A stretch of 64,000 nt of DNA from Deltaproteobacteria bacterium (GTDB lineage: Bacteria; Desulfobacterota; Deferrimicrobia; Deferrimicrobiales; Deferrimicrobiaceae). The position numbers and the translations under genes are program-made. Position 1 is the first letter of the stretch. Each line of letters opens with the position of its first letter. Positions 37,344-46,754 of the stretch are shown piece by piece. The notes under the pieces are model-generated. The model searched no databases. It was not told the DNA's origin and was given only the letters and a program-made list of their open reading frames with translations. The DNA lies in contig JACRCO010000037.1 in assembly GCA_016218975.1 (NCBI GenBank), forward strand, positions 203,757 through 267,756, in the 5' to 3' direction.

Positions 37344-37955
37344 TCACACGGTCCAGAGGAAGAGGCGGTAGCCCCAGTACTTCCACCCTTCCACGAAGAA
37401 CAGCCGCAGCGTACGCGGCAAGGCGTTCCGGTCCCGCCACTCCGAGCGCACCGCGATCACGTAAATCCCTACCCCGGGCTGTATGACCGAACGAAGAGCG
37501 AAGTAGGCGCGCGGCACGTGATAGTCGGAAGTGACCAGGATCACCTGCCGGAATTTCCTGTCCTCGGACAGCCCCTTGGCCGAAAACGCGTTCTCCATGG
37601 TGTTCTCGGACCATCCCTCGACATGCAGGCGTCCCATGTCCTCGGGGGGGATCTCCCGGCGTCCGGGCAGGATCCTTTCGATGCGCGTTCCGCCCCTGGC
37701 GCCGAGTATGAAAAGTTCCTTGCCCTTGCCCTCCTTCCATGCCCGGAATCCCTCGGCGATCCGGTTCTCTCCCCCGGCAAGGACGAATATCGCATCCGAC
37801 TGCGTCGCCGCGGGAGGGCCCGGAAGGCGTCGCGCTGCGATGTGCGGCACCGCCGCGCCCCCACCGGCCGCCAAAAGCAGGAAGAAGGCCGCGGGGAGAA
37901 ATACCCCTTTCTTGCGCCGGGAGGAAAGGAGATTTTGATCTTGCCTGAGATTCAT
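37344..37955 (-). CDS. YdcF/DUF218-family (SanA/ElyC-like) membrane-anchored protein
   Basis: DAIFVLAGGENRIAEGFRAWKEGKGKELFILG ... ILVTSDYHVPRA is the DUF218 core. ORF track over-extended; ATG at 37955 (MNLRQDQNLL...). Confidence 0.65.
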   Translation of the reverse strand: MNLRQDQNLLSSRRKKGVFLPAAFFLLLAAGGGAAVPHIAARRLPGPPAATQSDAIFVLAGGENRIAEGFRAWKEGKGKELFILGARGGTRIERILPGRREIPPEDMGRLHVEGWSENTMENAFSAKGLSEDRKFRQVILVTSDYHVPRAYFALRSVIQPGVGIYVIAVRSEWRDRNALPRTLRLFFVEGWKYWGYRLFLWTV

Positions 37956-37997
37956 TAAATGTGGTAATTTCCTTAGGTTAAATTTACGGAGGACGTC

Positions 37998-38186
37998 ATG
38001 GCAAAGTGCGCAATCTGCGGGAAGGGCCCGAATTTCGGGCACAACGTATCCCACGCGAACAACCGGACCCGGAAGATATGGAAGCCGAACATCCAGCGCG
38101 TCAAGACGGTGAGCGGCGGCACGGTCCGCCACATTTCCGTCTGCACGAACTGCATCAAGTCCGGCCGGGTCGTCAAGGCCGTATAG
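37998..38186 (+). CDS. rpmB: 50S ribosomal protein L28
   Basis: MAKCAICGKGPNFGHNVSHANNRTRKIWKPNIQRVKTVSGGTVRHISVCTNCIKSGRV is a canonical bL28. GGAGG Shine-Dalgarno 6 nt upstream. Confidence 0.9.
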   Translation: MAKCAICGKGPNFGHNVSHANNRTRKIWKPNIQRVKTVSGGTVRHISVCTNCIKSGRVVKAV

Positions 38187-38190
38187 CCCG

Positions 38191-38577
38191 TTACCGTTCC
38201 GGCGTCGACGCCACCGCGTCGATCTCCACAAGCGCCCCCGCCGGAAGACGCGCCGCCTGTATGGTGGCCCTCGCCGGCGGGTCCTTCGGGAAAAACCTTC
38301 CGTACACGGTGTTCATCGCGGGGAAATCCGCAAGGTCGGCGAGGTACACGGTCGTCTTGACCACCGAGGCGAACGAAGCGCCCCCCGCGGAAAGCACCGC
38401 TTCAAGGTTTGCAAGCACCCGCTCCGTCTGCGCCCCGATACCTCCATCGACCATCTTCCCGGTCGCCGGGTCGAGCGGTATCTGTCCCGAGCAGAACAAA
38501 AGCCCCCCCGCGCGGACCGCCTGCGAATACGGTCCGATCGCCGCGGGCGCCGCGGCGGTCCCGATTATCTCCCTCAT
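38191..38577 (-). CDS. ridA: RidA/YjgF-family reactive intermediate deaminase
   Basis: APAAIGPYSQAV...GQIPLDPATGKM...VKTTVYLADLADF is the RidA signature. Confidence 0.85.
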   Translation of the reverse strand: MREIIGTAAAPAAIGPYSQAVRAGGLLFCSGQIPLDPATGKMVDGGIGAQTERVLANLEAVLSAGGASFASVVKTTVYLADLADFPAMNTVYGRFFPKDPPARATIQAARLPAGALVEIDAVASTPER

Positions 38578-38579
38578 CT

Positions 38580-40724
38580 CTATCCCTTTCCTCTCTCCAC
38601 GGAGAATACGTTTTTAAGCTTCTCGACGGACTTGATCAGGGTCGCGAGGTGCTGCGCGTCGTTGACCGAAACTTCGAAGTTGCAGATCGCGCGCTTGTCC
38701 CGCGTCGTCATGACGACCGCCCGCCGTATGTCCACGTCGCTTGCGGTGATCGTGCGCGAAATGTCTGCGAGGAGTCCCGGCTTGTCGGCGCAGACGACCT
38801 TCAATTTGACCGGGTGCGCCGCTTTCGTTCCCGCCTCCCAGGCCACCTCGATCGCCCGCGCCGGATCGTTCTCCAGCGCTTTCGGGCAGTCCTTTGCGTG
38901 GATCGTCACGCCCCTCCCCCGCGTGATGAAACCCACGATCGGATCCCCGGGCACCGGGTGGCAGCAGTTCCCGAGCCGAATGAAAATGTCGTCCATCCCC
39001 TTCACGATGATCGCGCTCGGCTTCCTCGCGGTTACCCTTCTGATCAGGGCGCCGAGCCGGCTGTCCTTCACCTTTTCCTGCAGCTGCTCCGGCGGCACCA
39101 GCCGGCGCAGAAGCGGCATGAGCGACATCTTCCCGTACCCCAACGCTACGCAGTAGTCGTCCGCGGTTTTAAGGCGGCTCTCCTGCAGCGTCTCCTCGAA
39201 TTCCTTCGCCTTGAGCACCTTGTTCAGGGAGAGGGAGTATTTCCGCAGCTCCCGTTCCAGAATCTGGCGCCCGAGGGCGAGGCTGCGCTCCTGCTGCTCC
39301 TGGCGGACGAAGGCGCGGATCTTGTTCAGGGCCCGGTTCGTCCTGGCTATCTTGAGCCAGTCCTTGCTCGGAGTGTGGGCGGGATGGGTGATGATCTCGA
39401 CGACGTCCCCGTTCTTGAGCGCCGTCTTCAAGGGAACCATCTTGCCGTTCACCTTCGCGCCCACGCACTTGTTTCCGACCTCCGTGTGGATCGCGTAGGC
39501 GAAGTCGACCGGTGTCGCTCCCTGCGGCAGTTCCTTGACGTCGCCCCGGGGGGTGAATACGTATACTTCCTCGGGGAAAAGCTCCACCTTCACCGTGTTA
39601 AGGAATTCCCGCGGATCCTTCATGTCCTGCTGCAGCTCGAGGATCTGCCGGAGCCACAGGAACATCTGGTCGCCCTTCCCGACGACGGGCCGCCCCTCCT
39701 TGTATTTCCAGTGCGCCGCCACTCCGTATTCGGCGATGGCGTGCATCTCCTCCGTGCGGATCTGGATTTCCATAAGCTCCGCGTTCGGCCCGAACACCGT
39801 GGTGTGGAGGGACTGGTATAGATTCTGCTTGGGCATCGCTATGTAGTCCTTGAACCGGCCGGGAACGGGCTTCCACAGGCTGTGCACGATCCCGAGCACC
39901 TCGTAGCACTCGCGCACCGACTTCGCGATGATGCGGAACCCGATGAAATCGTAGACGTGGTCGAAGTCTATCCCCTGCCGCGCCATCTTCTGGAACAACC
40001 CTGCGATGTGCTTCGAACGCCCGCTGACCGCCGCCTCGAGACCCGCTTCCACAAGCTTCTTTTCCAGCAGCTCGACGACGCTGTGCACGTGGCTTTCCCG
40101 GTCCCGCTTCCGTTCGTCGGCAAGACGCACGAGCTCGCGGTAATCCTCCGGGTGGAGGATCTCGAAGCATCGGTCCTCCAGCTCCATCTTCACCCGGGAC
40201 ATGCCGAGGCGACTCGCGATGGGATTGTAGATGTCCTGGGTTTCACGGGAGACGGCGACCTGCTTGTCGCGGGAGAGGTGGGCGATCGTCCTCATGTTGT
40301 GGAGGCGGTCCGCCAGCTTGACGAGGACGACCCGCAGGTCCTTCCCCATGGCCAGGATCATTTTACGGAGGGACTCGGCCTTCTGGTCGGCGACGTCGGA
40401 AATCACGACGCGGCTGATCTTCGACACGCCGTCCACCATCGCCGCTATGGTATCGCCGAAGAGATCGCGGATCTCCTCGATCGTCGCCACCGTGTCCTCC
40501 ACGGTGTCGTGGAGCAGGCCGACGGCCACCGTCTCCTCGTCGAGGTTCCAGTCCGCGAGGATGTGCGCAACGTTCAGGGGATGGATGAGATAGGGCTCGC
40601 CCGACTGCCGGAGCTGCCCGTGATGCACCTTCGCCGTGAAGACGTAGGCCTTGTGGATCAGTTCGATGTCGCCGTTCGGCCGTGACGCCTGGACCCGTTC
40701 GACGATGTCATGTAGTCGGAGCAT
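38580..40724 (-). CDS. Bifunctional (p)ppGpp synthetase/hydrolase RelA/SpoT
   Basis: HD hydrolase (HPLNVAHILADWNLD...HDTVEDT), synthetase, TGS and ACT domains. Conserved rpoZ-spoT arrangement. ORF-track N-extension trimmed to the ATG at 40724 (MLRLHDIVERV). Confidence 0.9.
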   Translation of the reverse strand: MLRLHDIVERVQASRPNGDIELIHKAYVFTAKVHHGQLRQSGEPYLIHPLNVAHILADWNLDEETVAVGLLHDTVEDTVATIEEIRDLFGDTIAAMVDGVSKISRVVISDVADQKAESLRKMILAMGKDLRVVLVKLADRLHNMRTIAHLSRDKQVAVSRETQDIYNPIASRLGMSRVKMELEDRCFEILHPEDYRELVRLADERKRDRESHVHSVVELLEKKLVEAGLEAAVSGRSKHIAGLFQKMARQGIDFDHVYDFIGFRIIAKSVRECYEVLGIVHSLWKPVPGRFKDYIAMPKQNLYQSLHTTVFGPNAELMEIQIRTEEMHAIAEYGVAAHWKYKEGRPVVGKGDQMFLWLRQILELQQDMKDPREFLNTVKVELFPEEVYVFTPRGDVKELPQGATPVDFAYAIHTEVGNKCVGAKVNGKMVPLKTALKNGDVVEIITHPAHTPSKDWLKIARTNRALNKIRAFVRQEQQERSLALGRQILERELRKYSLSLNKVLKAKEFEETLQESRLKTADDYCVALGYGKMSLMPLLRRLVPPEQLQEKVKDSRLGALIRRVTARKPSAIIVKGMDDIFIRLGNCCHPVPGDPIVGFITRGRGVTIHAKDCPKALENDPARAIEVAWEAGTKAAHPVKLKVVCADKPGLLADISRTITASDVDIRRAVVMTTRDKRAICNFEVSVNDAQHLATLIKSVEKLKNVFSVERGKG

Positions 40725-40738
40725 GGAGCGCTCCGCGT

Positions 40739-40933
40739 TCAGGCTTTGACCCGCACCGTCCCCTGCGCGATTTCCCTGAGCGCCACCACCGTGGGCTTGT
40801 CCCTTCGCTGGGACGTGTCGATCGAAGCGCCCTGCCCGCCCAGAAGCTGCTTGGCCCGCTTCGCCGCCACCACCGTAAGCTCGAAGTGGCTGTTCACGCG
40901 ACGAAGACAATCTTCTACCGTTACTCGCGCCAT
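40739..40933 (-). CDS. rpoZ: DNA-directed RNA polymerase subunit omega
   Basis: [30 protein letters not shown] is a canonical RpoZ N-terminus. Confidence 0.85.
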   Translation of the reverse strand: MARVTVEDCLRRVNSHFELTVVAAKRAKQLLGGQGASIDTSQRRDKPTVVALREIAQGTVRVKA

Positions 40934-40945
40934 ATTCTCCCTCTC

Positions 40946-41551
40946 CTACCCGGAAAGAATCCTTTCAAGCCGCTCGCGTACGCGCTCCCTGCGGAGCCGC
41001 TGCGCGCGGACGATCCACTCGACTTGCCGTACCGCTTTCTCGAGGCTGTCGTTTACCACCAGGTAATCGTAGTGAAGGAGATCCCGCATCTCCTTCCCCG
41101 CGACCTCCAGCCGGGCCTCCATTTCCTCACGGCTGTCGCGCCCACGGTCCGCCAGCCTCCGGGAAAGCGTTTCCCCGTCCGGGGGGAAAATGCCGATCAG
41201 AACGGACTCCGGAAGCGCTTCCTTGATCTTCCGTCCGCCCTGGACGTCTATCTCGAGAACGGCGTCCACCCCGCGGGAAACGATGGACCTGACGGTTTCG
41301 CGGGAGGTCCCGTATCGCATCCCGTAAACATTCGCGAATTCCAGGAACTCCTTCAAACTTATCATTTTATCAAAATTATCTTCAGTAATGAAAAAATAAT
41401 CCTTACCCTCGGCCTCGCCGTTCTTGCGCCGCCGCGTGGTGTAGGAGATGGAAAGCTCGAGCCCCTCCACCCTCTCGATCAGCAGCCTGCAGATCGTGGT
41501 CTTTCCCGACCCCGACGGGGCCGAAATGACGAATACGTCTCCGTTTGCCAT
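40946..41551 (-). CDS. gmk: Guanylate kinase
   Basis: SAPSGSGKTT P-loop, YTTRRRKNGEAEGKDYFF, guanylate kinase fold. Confidence 0.9.
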   Translation of the reverse strand: MANGDVFVISAPSGSGKTTICRLLIERVEGLELSISYTTRRRKNGEAEGKDYFFITEDNFDKMISLKEFLEFANVYGMRYGTSRETVRSIVSRGVDAVLEIDVQGGRKIKEALPESVLIGIFPPDGETLSRRLADRGRDSREEMEARLEVAGKEMRDLLHYDYLVVNDSLEKAVRQVEWIVRAQRLRRERVRERLERILSG

Positions 41552-41554
41552 GGA

Positions 41555-42442
41555 TTACTCCACGTTCTGGATCTGTTCCCGGATCTTTTCCATTTCGGTC
41601 TTTGCGGTCACGGCCAGCGCCGATATCTCCGAGCGGGCGGACTTGTTGGAAGCGGTGTTCAATTCGCGGAAGACTTCCTGGACGAGGAAATCGAACCTTT
41701 TGCCCACGGCCTCGCCCGGCTTCTCCAGCAGTTTCCCGAGCCCGGCAAGATGGGACCGCAGGCGGTCGCACTCCTCGGTGATGTCCAGCCGGTCCAGCAG
41801 GAAAGCCGCTTCCTGGTGAAGCCTTCCGGGATCGATGCCTGCCTCCCCCGCGAGTGATTGTATCCTTTCCTTGAACTTTACTATGGCAAATTCCTTGTTT
41901 TCAACGGATAATGCGGCGATATTATCCGAAATAACCGCAAGCTCCGACACCCCGGCGGCTACGACCTCCCGAAGGCGCTCTCCTTCATCGCGTCTCGATT
42001 CCTGCAGCATCGCGACCGCGCTCCGAAGGGCTTTTTCGGCAAGTTCCCAGTGCTCCTCGGCGGGATCCGCCCCTTCGGCGGCGAACACGAACAGGTCCGG
42101 GACACCAAGCAGATCCCTGAAAGAAAGCTCTATGGGCAGACCGGCTTCGTCGCGGATCCGGTGGGCCTCGACGAGAAAGGAATTCAGGGCTTCGCGATTC
42201 ACCCTGACCGTCGTTCCCGTGCTTCCCCACTCCCGGACTGCGAGTAATACATCGACCTTTCCGCGCCGCAACGCTTCCCGGACAACTCCGCGGATCCTCG
42301 GTTCCCAGGAAAAGAACTTCGAGGGGCATCTCACGTGGATGTCGAGGAACCGGTGGTTCACCGACCGGACGTCGGCGGTGATTGCGATATCCTTACCGTG
42401 GGCCTCGCCCCTGCCGTACCCCGTCATGCTCATCCACGACAT
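41555..42442 (-). CDS. yicC: YicC-family protein (DUF1732)
   Basis: MSWMSMTGYGRGE...VRSVNHRFLDI is the YicC N-domain signature. Conserved yicC-gmk-rpoZ-spoT order. Start trimmed to the ATG at 42442 with a GGAGGAG Shine-Dalgarno. Confidence 0.8.
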   Translation of the reverse strand: MSWMSMTGYGRGEAHGKDIAITADVRSVNHRFLDIHVRCPSKFFSWEPRIRGVVREALRRGKVDVLLAVREWGSTGTTVRVNREALNSFLVEAHRIRDEAGLPIELSFRDLLGVPDLFVFAAEGADPAEEHWELAEKALRSAVAMLQESRRDEGERLREVVAAGVSELAVISDNIAALSVENKEFAIVKFKERIQSLAGEAGIDPGRLHQEAAFLLDRLDITEECDRLRSHLAGLGKLLEKPGEAVGKRFDFLVQEVFRELNTASNKSARSEISALAVTAKTEMEKIREQIQNVE

Positions 42443-42981
42443 GTCGGCTCCTCCGCGGCGAGTTTTCTGGCTTCCCTGAGCCTTCCCCGCACTTCCCCAA
42501 GGTATGAGCGTATGCTTTCGGAAGCGAGGTCCGGGTACGACCAGGGAAGAGGCCGGTACCCCCCCCTCTCGTAGATCAGCGTGAGGTCCGCGAACACTCC
42601 GTCGCGAAGGTACACGCGATGGCTGTAATTCTTGCCTGTGGCAAGGGAATAATTCTCCTCCGTCAACAGCCCCGGATCCACGTTTACGGTGCGCTTGCCG
42701 CCATCGGAAAATGCCGCCTCCATCTCTTCCGCCGCAAGCTTGGCCCATGCAAGCGAGTCGCGCGGAACGAGCCGTTCCATCACGACGAACCTTCGATACA
42801 ATGGAACTCCCATTTCCTTCGCATAATACTCGGTCCGGTCGAAGGGGAATATTCCGCTCGTTTCCGCCACCTGCCCGAACCGGTCGGAGATAGCCGCGAG
42901 GGCTTTCCGGAAGCGTTCCTCTTCCCTGTAGATCACGGATACCACGAGCCTTGCGGGCGGCGGCGAGCCTCGCCGGCTCAT
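42430..42981 (-). CDS. DUF4416-domain protein
   Basis: RTVNVDPGLLTEENYSLATGKNYSHRVYLRDGVFADLTLIY matches the recalled DUF4416 core. Confidence 0.55.
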   Translation of the reverse strand: MSRRGSPPPARLVVSVIYREEERFRKALAAISDRFGQVAETSGIFPFDRTEYYAKEMGVPLYRRFVVMERLVPRDSLAWAKLAAEEMEAAFSDGGKRTVNVDPGLLTEENYSLATGKNYSHRVYLRDGVFADLTLIYERGGYRPLPWSYPDLASESIRSYLGEVRGRLREARKLAAEEPTCRG

Positions 42982-44021
42982 TGCCTGGCGCGCAGGGCCG
43001 CCGCGAGCTTTTCCCTTGTGATCGGCGCGGTGCCCACCTCTCCGACTACGATGCTCGCGGCGAGGTTGGCCAGAAGCGCCGCATCGCGCAAGGATGCCCC
43101 CGAACCCATCGCCACAGCTATCGTCCCGATCACCGTGTCTCCCGCGCCGGTGACGTCGAACACCTGCCGGGCCTTCGCGGGGATGTGGAAGGAGACGTCC
43201 CTCCCCCGCTCGACGAGGCTCATCCCATCCTCACCGCGGGTTATCAGTACCGCCTTCGCGCCGCTGGCCCGCAGCAGCGCCTTGCCGCCTTCATGGATCT
43301 CCCGGTCTCCGGGCAGCTCACGGCCTCCCAGCGCCGCTTCCGCTTCCGCCTTGTTGGGTGTGATCAGCGTGCATCCCTTGTAGAAGGAGAAATCGGTCCG
43401 CTTCGGGTCGACTGCAACGAAAGCTCCGCTCCTCGCGGCGGCAACCGTCACCTCCTCGACGAGCTCCCGGCTCAATGCCCCCTTCCGATAGTCGGAGAGG
43501 ACGACACCGTCGACCTCCCGGACCGCCTTCCGAACCTTGGCCCGGAGAGCATCCTGCGCCCTGCCGTTCGGGGATTCCTTCATCTCCCGGTCCACGCGCA
43601 CCACCTGCTGGTGATGGGCGATCACTCGCGTCTTGGTCGTCGTCGGCCGGTCCCGGTCGGCGACGACAGCGGCGGCGCCGATGCGGTGCCTGCCGAGGAT
43701 CCTCAGAATCTCCCTTCCCGCGGAATCCGCGCCTATCAGGCCGGCGAGCGCGGTCCTGGCGGAAAGCCCCGATACGTTCACGGCCACGTTCCCCGCGCCG
43801 CCGAGCGCCTTCGTGTCCCCGGTTACCGCCACGACCGGGACGGGCGCTTCGGGGGAGATGCGTTTCACGTTCCCCCAGATATATTCGTCAAGCATGATGT
43901 CTCCCACCACCAAAATACGGCAGGAGGGAAATTTTTCAAGGTAATCGAAAGCGCGCGAGGTGAACCCGGCGTCATTCAATTGGAGACGCCTCCTCGACGA
44001 GCAGGATGGGTATCCCGTCAT
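42978..44021 (-). CDS. rfaE: D-glycero-beta-D-manno-heptose-7-phosphate kinase (RfaE domain I / HldE kinase domain; PfkB family)
   Basis: ILVVGDIMLDEYIWG..., GGAGNVAVN, DVTGAGDT (PfkB motifs). Start uncertain: the 44021 ATG overlaps trm112 by 50 nt; a TTG near 43979 is an alternative. Confidence 0.75.
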   Translation of the reverse strand: MTGYPSCSSRRRLQLNDAGFTSRAFDYLEKFPSCRILVVGDIMLDEYIWGNVKRISPEAPVPVVAVTGDTKALGGAGNVAVNVSGLSARTALAGLIGADSAGREILRILGRHRIGAAAVVADRDRPTTTKTRVIAHHQQVVRVDREMKESPNGRAQDALRAKVRKAVREVDGVVLSDYRKGALSRELVEEVTVAAARSGAFVAVDPKRTDFSFYKGCTLITPNKAEAEAALGGRELPGDREIHEGGKALLRASGAKAVLITRGEDGMSLVERGRDVSFHIPAKARQVFDVTGAGDTVIGTIAVAMGSGASLRDAALLANLAASIVVGEVGTAPITREKLAAALRARQ

Positions 44022-44136
44022 CTATCCGGTAGCTCAGGCGGCACTTCTCGCAAAGAAGCTCGCTTTCGTCGGTCGTCAGGCGAAGGCTCCCTTTGCACTT
44101 GGGGCATGCCAGGATATCGAGAAGCTCTTCGTCCAT
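43972..44136 (-). CDS. Trm112-family (DUF343) small zinc-ribbon protein
   Basis: MDEELLDILACPKCKGSL...LLCEKCRLSYRIDDGIPILL is the Trm112/YcaR signature. GGAGGA Shine-Dalgarno ahead of the ATG at 44136. Confidence 0.7.
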   Translation of the reverse strand: MDEELLDILACPKCKGSLRLTTDESELLCEKCRLSYRIDDGIPILLVEEASPIE

Positions 44137-44140
44137 ATCC

Positions 44141-45280
44141 TCATCCTCCTTCCCTTGGCGGAACAAGCTCCGCGAACAGCGTCCACATCCTGATTTTCCT
44201 GAACTTGGCGTAAATCCTCACGGGGATGCGGCGGGCGTCGTCGGTCATCCACATCTTCAGGTCACCCTTGTCCTCAAGCTTGCCTTCCCGCTTGATGACA
44301 GGCTGGATTACGACGGTATCCATCTTTCCGCGGACCGTGTCGATCTTCTCCCGCCCCAGCAGTCGCGATGCGATCTGGTACAGCTTACGCCCACCGTAGA
44401 CGTTGCGGGAACGGCCCTCGTCGCCAAGGTCCCGGGCACGGAAGTAATACGCGACGGTCACCGGGTCGAAGACTCCGGGGACGACATCGACCTCCTTGCG
44501 GATCTCCCCCGAATGCTTGTAGCGGTAAACGATTCTCCCCTTCTTCTGGTCGTAGAACATTATGTCGTCCTTCTTTTTCGCCCTGCCGGTGGATTCCTGC
44601 CGCAGGGGCTCCAGCGTCTTCACATCCATATAATATTCGATAGTTTCGTTTATCGGATAGATGACCGAAAGAAAATCGGAGGTCCATGCCCGGACGCTCA
44701 AATGATAGGTTTCCCGGCTGCCCAGCATGGTTTTCCCGCGGAAGTTGAAGCGCGCGTATCCCATCGTCATCCCGAGGAATTCCACACGGTAGACCAGCTC
44801 TTCCCTTCCCTTCGCCCACGAAGGTTCATCGAGGGACGCAAGCGAGTTGGGCCTTGTCGGCGTCGACGGCGCCGTTGCGGGGGTCACCGGCCTTGCGGTT
44901 TTTCGCACCGCAGGCGCCGGCACGTCCCCGGCCGCGGGTGGAACGTCTGCGCCGTGTGCGGCAGGCGGCGCAAGCTCCATCTCGGCGGATGTGGCAGGCT
45001 CCGCCGCAGAGGAAGGCGAAGGCTCCACAACGGGATGACGCGGCGCATCCGCCTGCGGAGGTTCATCAGGTCCGGCGGAGGATTCCGGTGCGATTTCCGC
45101 GACAATTTCCCCCGCGGGCGCTTCGCCGGCCGGCTCTTCGATCGAAGGAGGCGGCACGTACGCCGGTTTCGACGGGGGCTGCCCCCAATGGCATCCCGCC
45201 ATGGCGACCGCGAGAAAAGCGACGGGCAGGAAGAATCCTTTCCGGCGCAAAGCCGCACTTCGACTGCTCCTGCCGCTCAT
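44141..45280 (-). CDS. DUF3108-domain lipoprotein with a Pro/Ala-rich linker
   Basis: Lipobox LAVAMAGC; ~120-aa low-complexity P/A/E linker; C-terminal ~230-aa beta-rich domain (YRVEFLGMTMGYARF...). ATGA overlap with gmhB. Confidence 0.5.
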   Translation of the reverse strand: MSGRSSRSAALRRKGFFLPVAFLAVAMAGCHWGQPPSKPAYVPPPSIEEPAGEAPAGEIVAEIAPESSAGPDEPPQADAPRHPVVEPSPSSAAEPATSAEMELAPPAAHGADVPPAAGDVPAPAVRKTARPVTPATAPSTPTRPNSLASLDEPSWAKGREELVYRVEFLGMTMGYARFNFRGKTMLGSRETYHLSVRAWTSDFLSVIYPINETIEYYMDVKTLEPLRQESTGRAKKKDDIMFYDQKKGRIVYRYKHSGEIRKEVDVVPGVFDPVTVAYYFRARDLGDEGRSRNVYGGRKLYQIASRLLGREKIDTVRGKMDTVVIQPVIKREGKLEDKGDLKMWMTDDARRIPVRIYAKFRKIRMWTLFAELVPPREGG

Positions 45281-45852
45281 AATCGCTCCCGGGACAAAAT
45301 CCACTCGGCCGCCTCCCGTATGCTGGGAAGAAACGCGTCCGGGATTTCTCCGCGGCGCTCCCCTTCCACGCGCTCTTCCTCGCCGTAGCCGGTCGCGACC
45401 AGTATGGTCTCCGCGCGCAGGCGCTTCCCCATCGAGATATCCGACATTTTATCACCTACCACCCAGACCCTGCACGAAGGAGGGAGCGCCAGGTTTCGCA
45501 GGACCTTCAGCGCGAGCCCGGCAGCGGGCTTTCTGCAGCCGCAGGCCTGCCGGTACTTTTCGACTATGCCATCCGCATGATGGGGGCAGTATTCCACGGC
45601 GTCGAACGACACCCCGAGCCTGCGAAAATACTCGACGAAAGCCCGGTGGACCGCGTCCCATTGCTCCTCCCGGATTTTCCCCTTTGCGAGCCCGGCCTGG
45701 TTAGACACCACCGCGATGGCGTAGCCGTTTTCCGCAAGACGCCTCAAGGACTCCGCAGCGCCCGGTATCTCCTTCAGGAGCGCCGGGTCCGATATATATC
45801 CCACGTCCTCGATCAGCGTTCCGTCCCGATCCAGGAAAACGATGCCTTTCAA
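45277..45852 (-). CDS. gmhB: D-glycero-beta-D-manno-heptose-1,7-bisphosphate 7-phosphatase (HAD-IIIA)
   Basis: IVFLDRDGTL (motif I), VVSNQ, C-x-H-H-x-C-x-C-R-K-P zinc motif (YCPHHADGIVEKYRQACGCRKP), VGDKMSD. A TTG start with a GGAGGAA Shine-Dalgarno and a TTGA overlap with lpxL gives MKGIVFLDRDG, matching the family N-terminus. The ORF track over-extends by 38 codons. Confidence 0.8.
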   Translation of the reverse strand: MKGIVFLDRDGTLIEDVGYISDPALLKEIPGAAESLRRLAENGYAIAVVSNQAGLAKGKIREEQWDAVHRAFVEYFRRLGVSFDAVEYCPHHADGIVEKYRQACGCRKPAAGLALKVLRNLALPPSCRVWVVGDKMSDISMGKRLRAETILVATGYGEEERVEGERRGEIPDAFLPSIREAAEWILSRERL

Positions 45853-46754
45853 CGAGTTCCTCCGTAAAGATCCGGCTCTCCCGGGGGACGGTCCTTCCAT
45901 CTGCGCGTAAACCAGAGCCATTGCGTCGGGTCCCGGCGGATCGCCTTTTCCAGTTCTTCGTTGCATCTCCTCGTAAGGCGCAGGACTTCCTCCTCGCGCG
46001 GCGCCGCCGGGTCCATCGGGATCGGGGGGCCGAACCGCAATGTGTGGTGGAACTTGCGGCGCGGGTCCCTGAAGATGAACGCCGGATGCACCGTCGTTCC
46101 AAGGGCGAGCGCCAGCCGGGCGATGCCTGAAGGCGTGTACGCCTTGCGGGTGAAGAAATCGACCGGAATTCCTTTTCTCGGCTCCACGTTCTGGTCTATC
46201 AGGATGCCGACAAGCGTTTTTTTCCGGATCTCCCGCACGACCAGCTTGGCGGAGTCCTCCTTGCGGATAACGCGGTTTCCATTCATCTCCCTCCGCTCCG
46301 TGACGATCCGGTCCGCCAACGGGTTTTTCAGCGGACGCACTATGAACGACACCGGCGCTATGACCGCTCCGTAAACGAAGGAAAGCAGCTCCCAGTTTCC
46401 GAAATGACCGGTCATGGCCAGCGGCCCGAGCCCGCGCTCCTCCGTCGCCTTGCGGATGTGCTCCGCCCCCTCGATCCGGAAATGCTCCGCGACGTACGCG
46501 TCGTCCATCTTCGGAAGGTGGATGAATTCCGCTGCGGCCGTCCCCATACGCACATAGCAGAACCGAACGATCCGCGACGCTTCCCGGTCCCCCATTTCAG
46601 GGAAGGCTATCCGCAGGTTGATCCTTCCGACACGGCGGTGCCTTGCGGCAAGCGCCCATACGCAGAACATGACCGCTTCGAAAAGCGCCGCCCGCAGGGG
46701 GAGCGGGATCGCCTCCAGAACTTTCAGGGCGGCCCGAAGCAATGCCTCTTTCAC
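45849..46754 (-). CDS. lpxL: Lipid A biosynthesis (Kdo)2-lipid IVA acyltransferase (LpxL/HtrB family, LPLAT superfamily)
   Basis: HFGNWELL acyltransferase motif; GILIDQN; C-terminal amphipathic region. A GTG with GTGA overlap onto the lpxK stop is the probable start. Confidence 0.7.
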   Translation of the reverse strand: MKEALLRAALKVLEAIPLPLRAALFEAVMFCVWALAARHRRVGRINLRIAFPEMGDREASRIVRFCYVRMGTAAAEFIHLPKMDDAYVAEHFRIEGAEHIRKATEERGLGPLAMTGHFGNWELLSFVYGAVIAPVSFIVRPLKNPLADRIVTERREMNGNRVIRKEDSAKLVVREIRKKTLVGILIDQNVEPRKGIPVDFFTRKAYTPSGIARLALALGTTVHPAFIFRDPRRKFHHTLRFGPPIPMDPAAPREEEVLRLTRRCNEELEKAIRRDPTQWLWFTRRWKDRPPGEPDLYGGTR

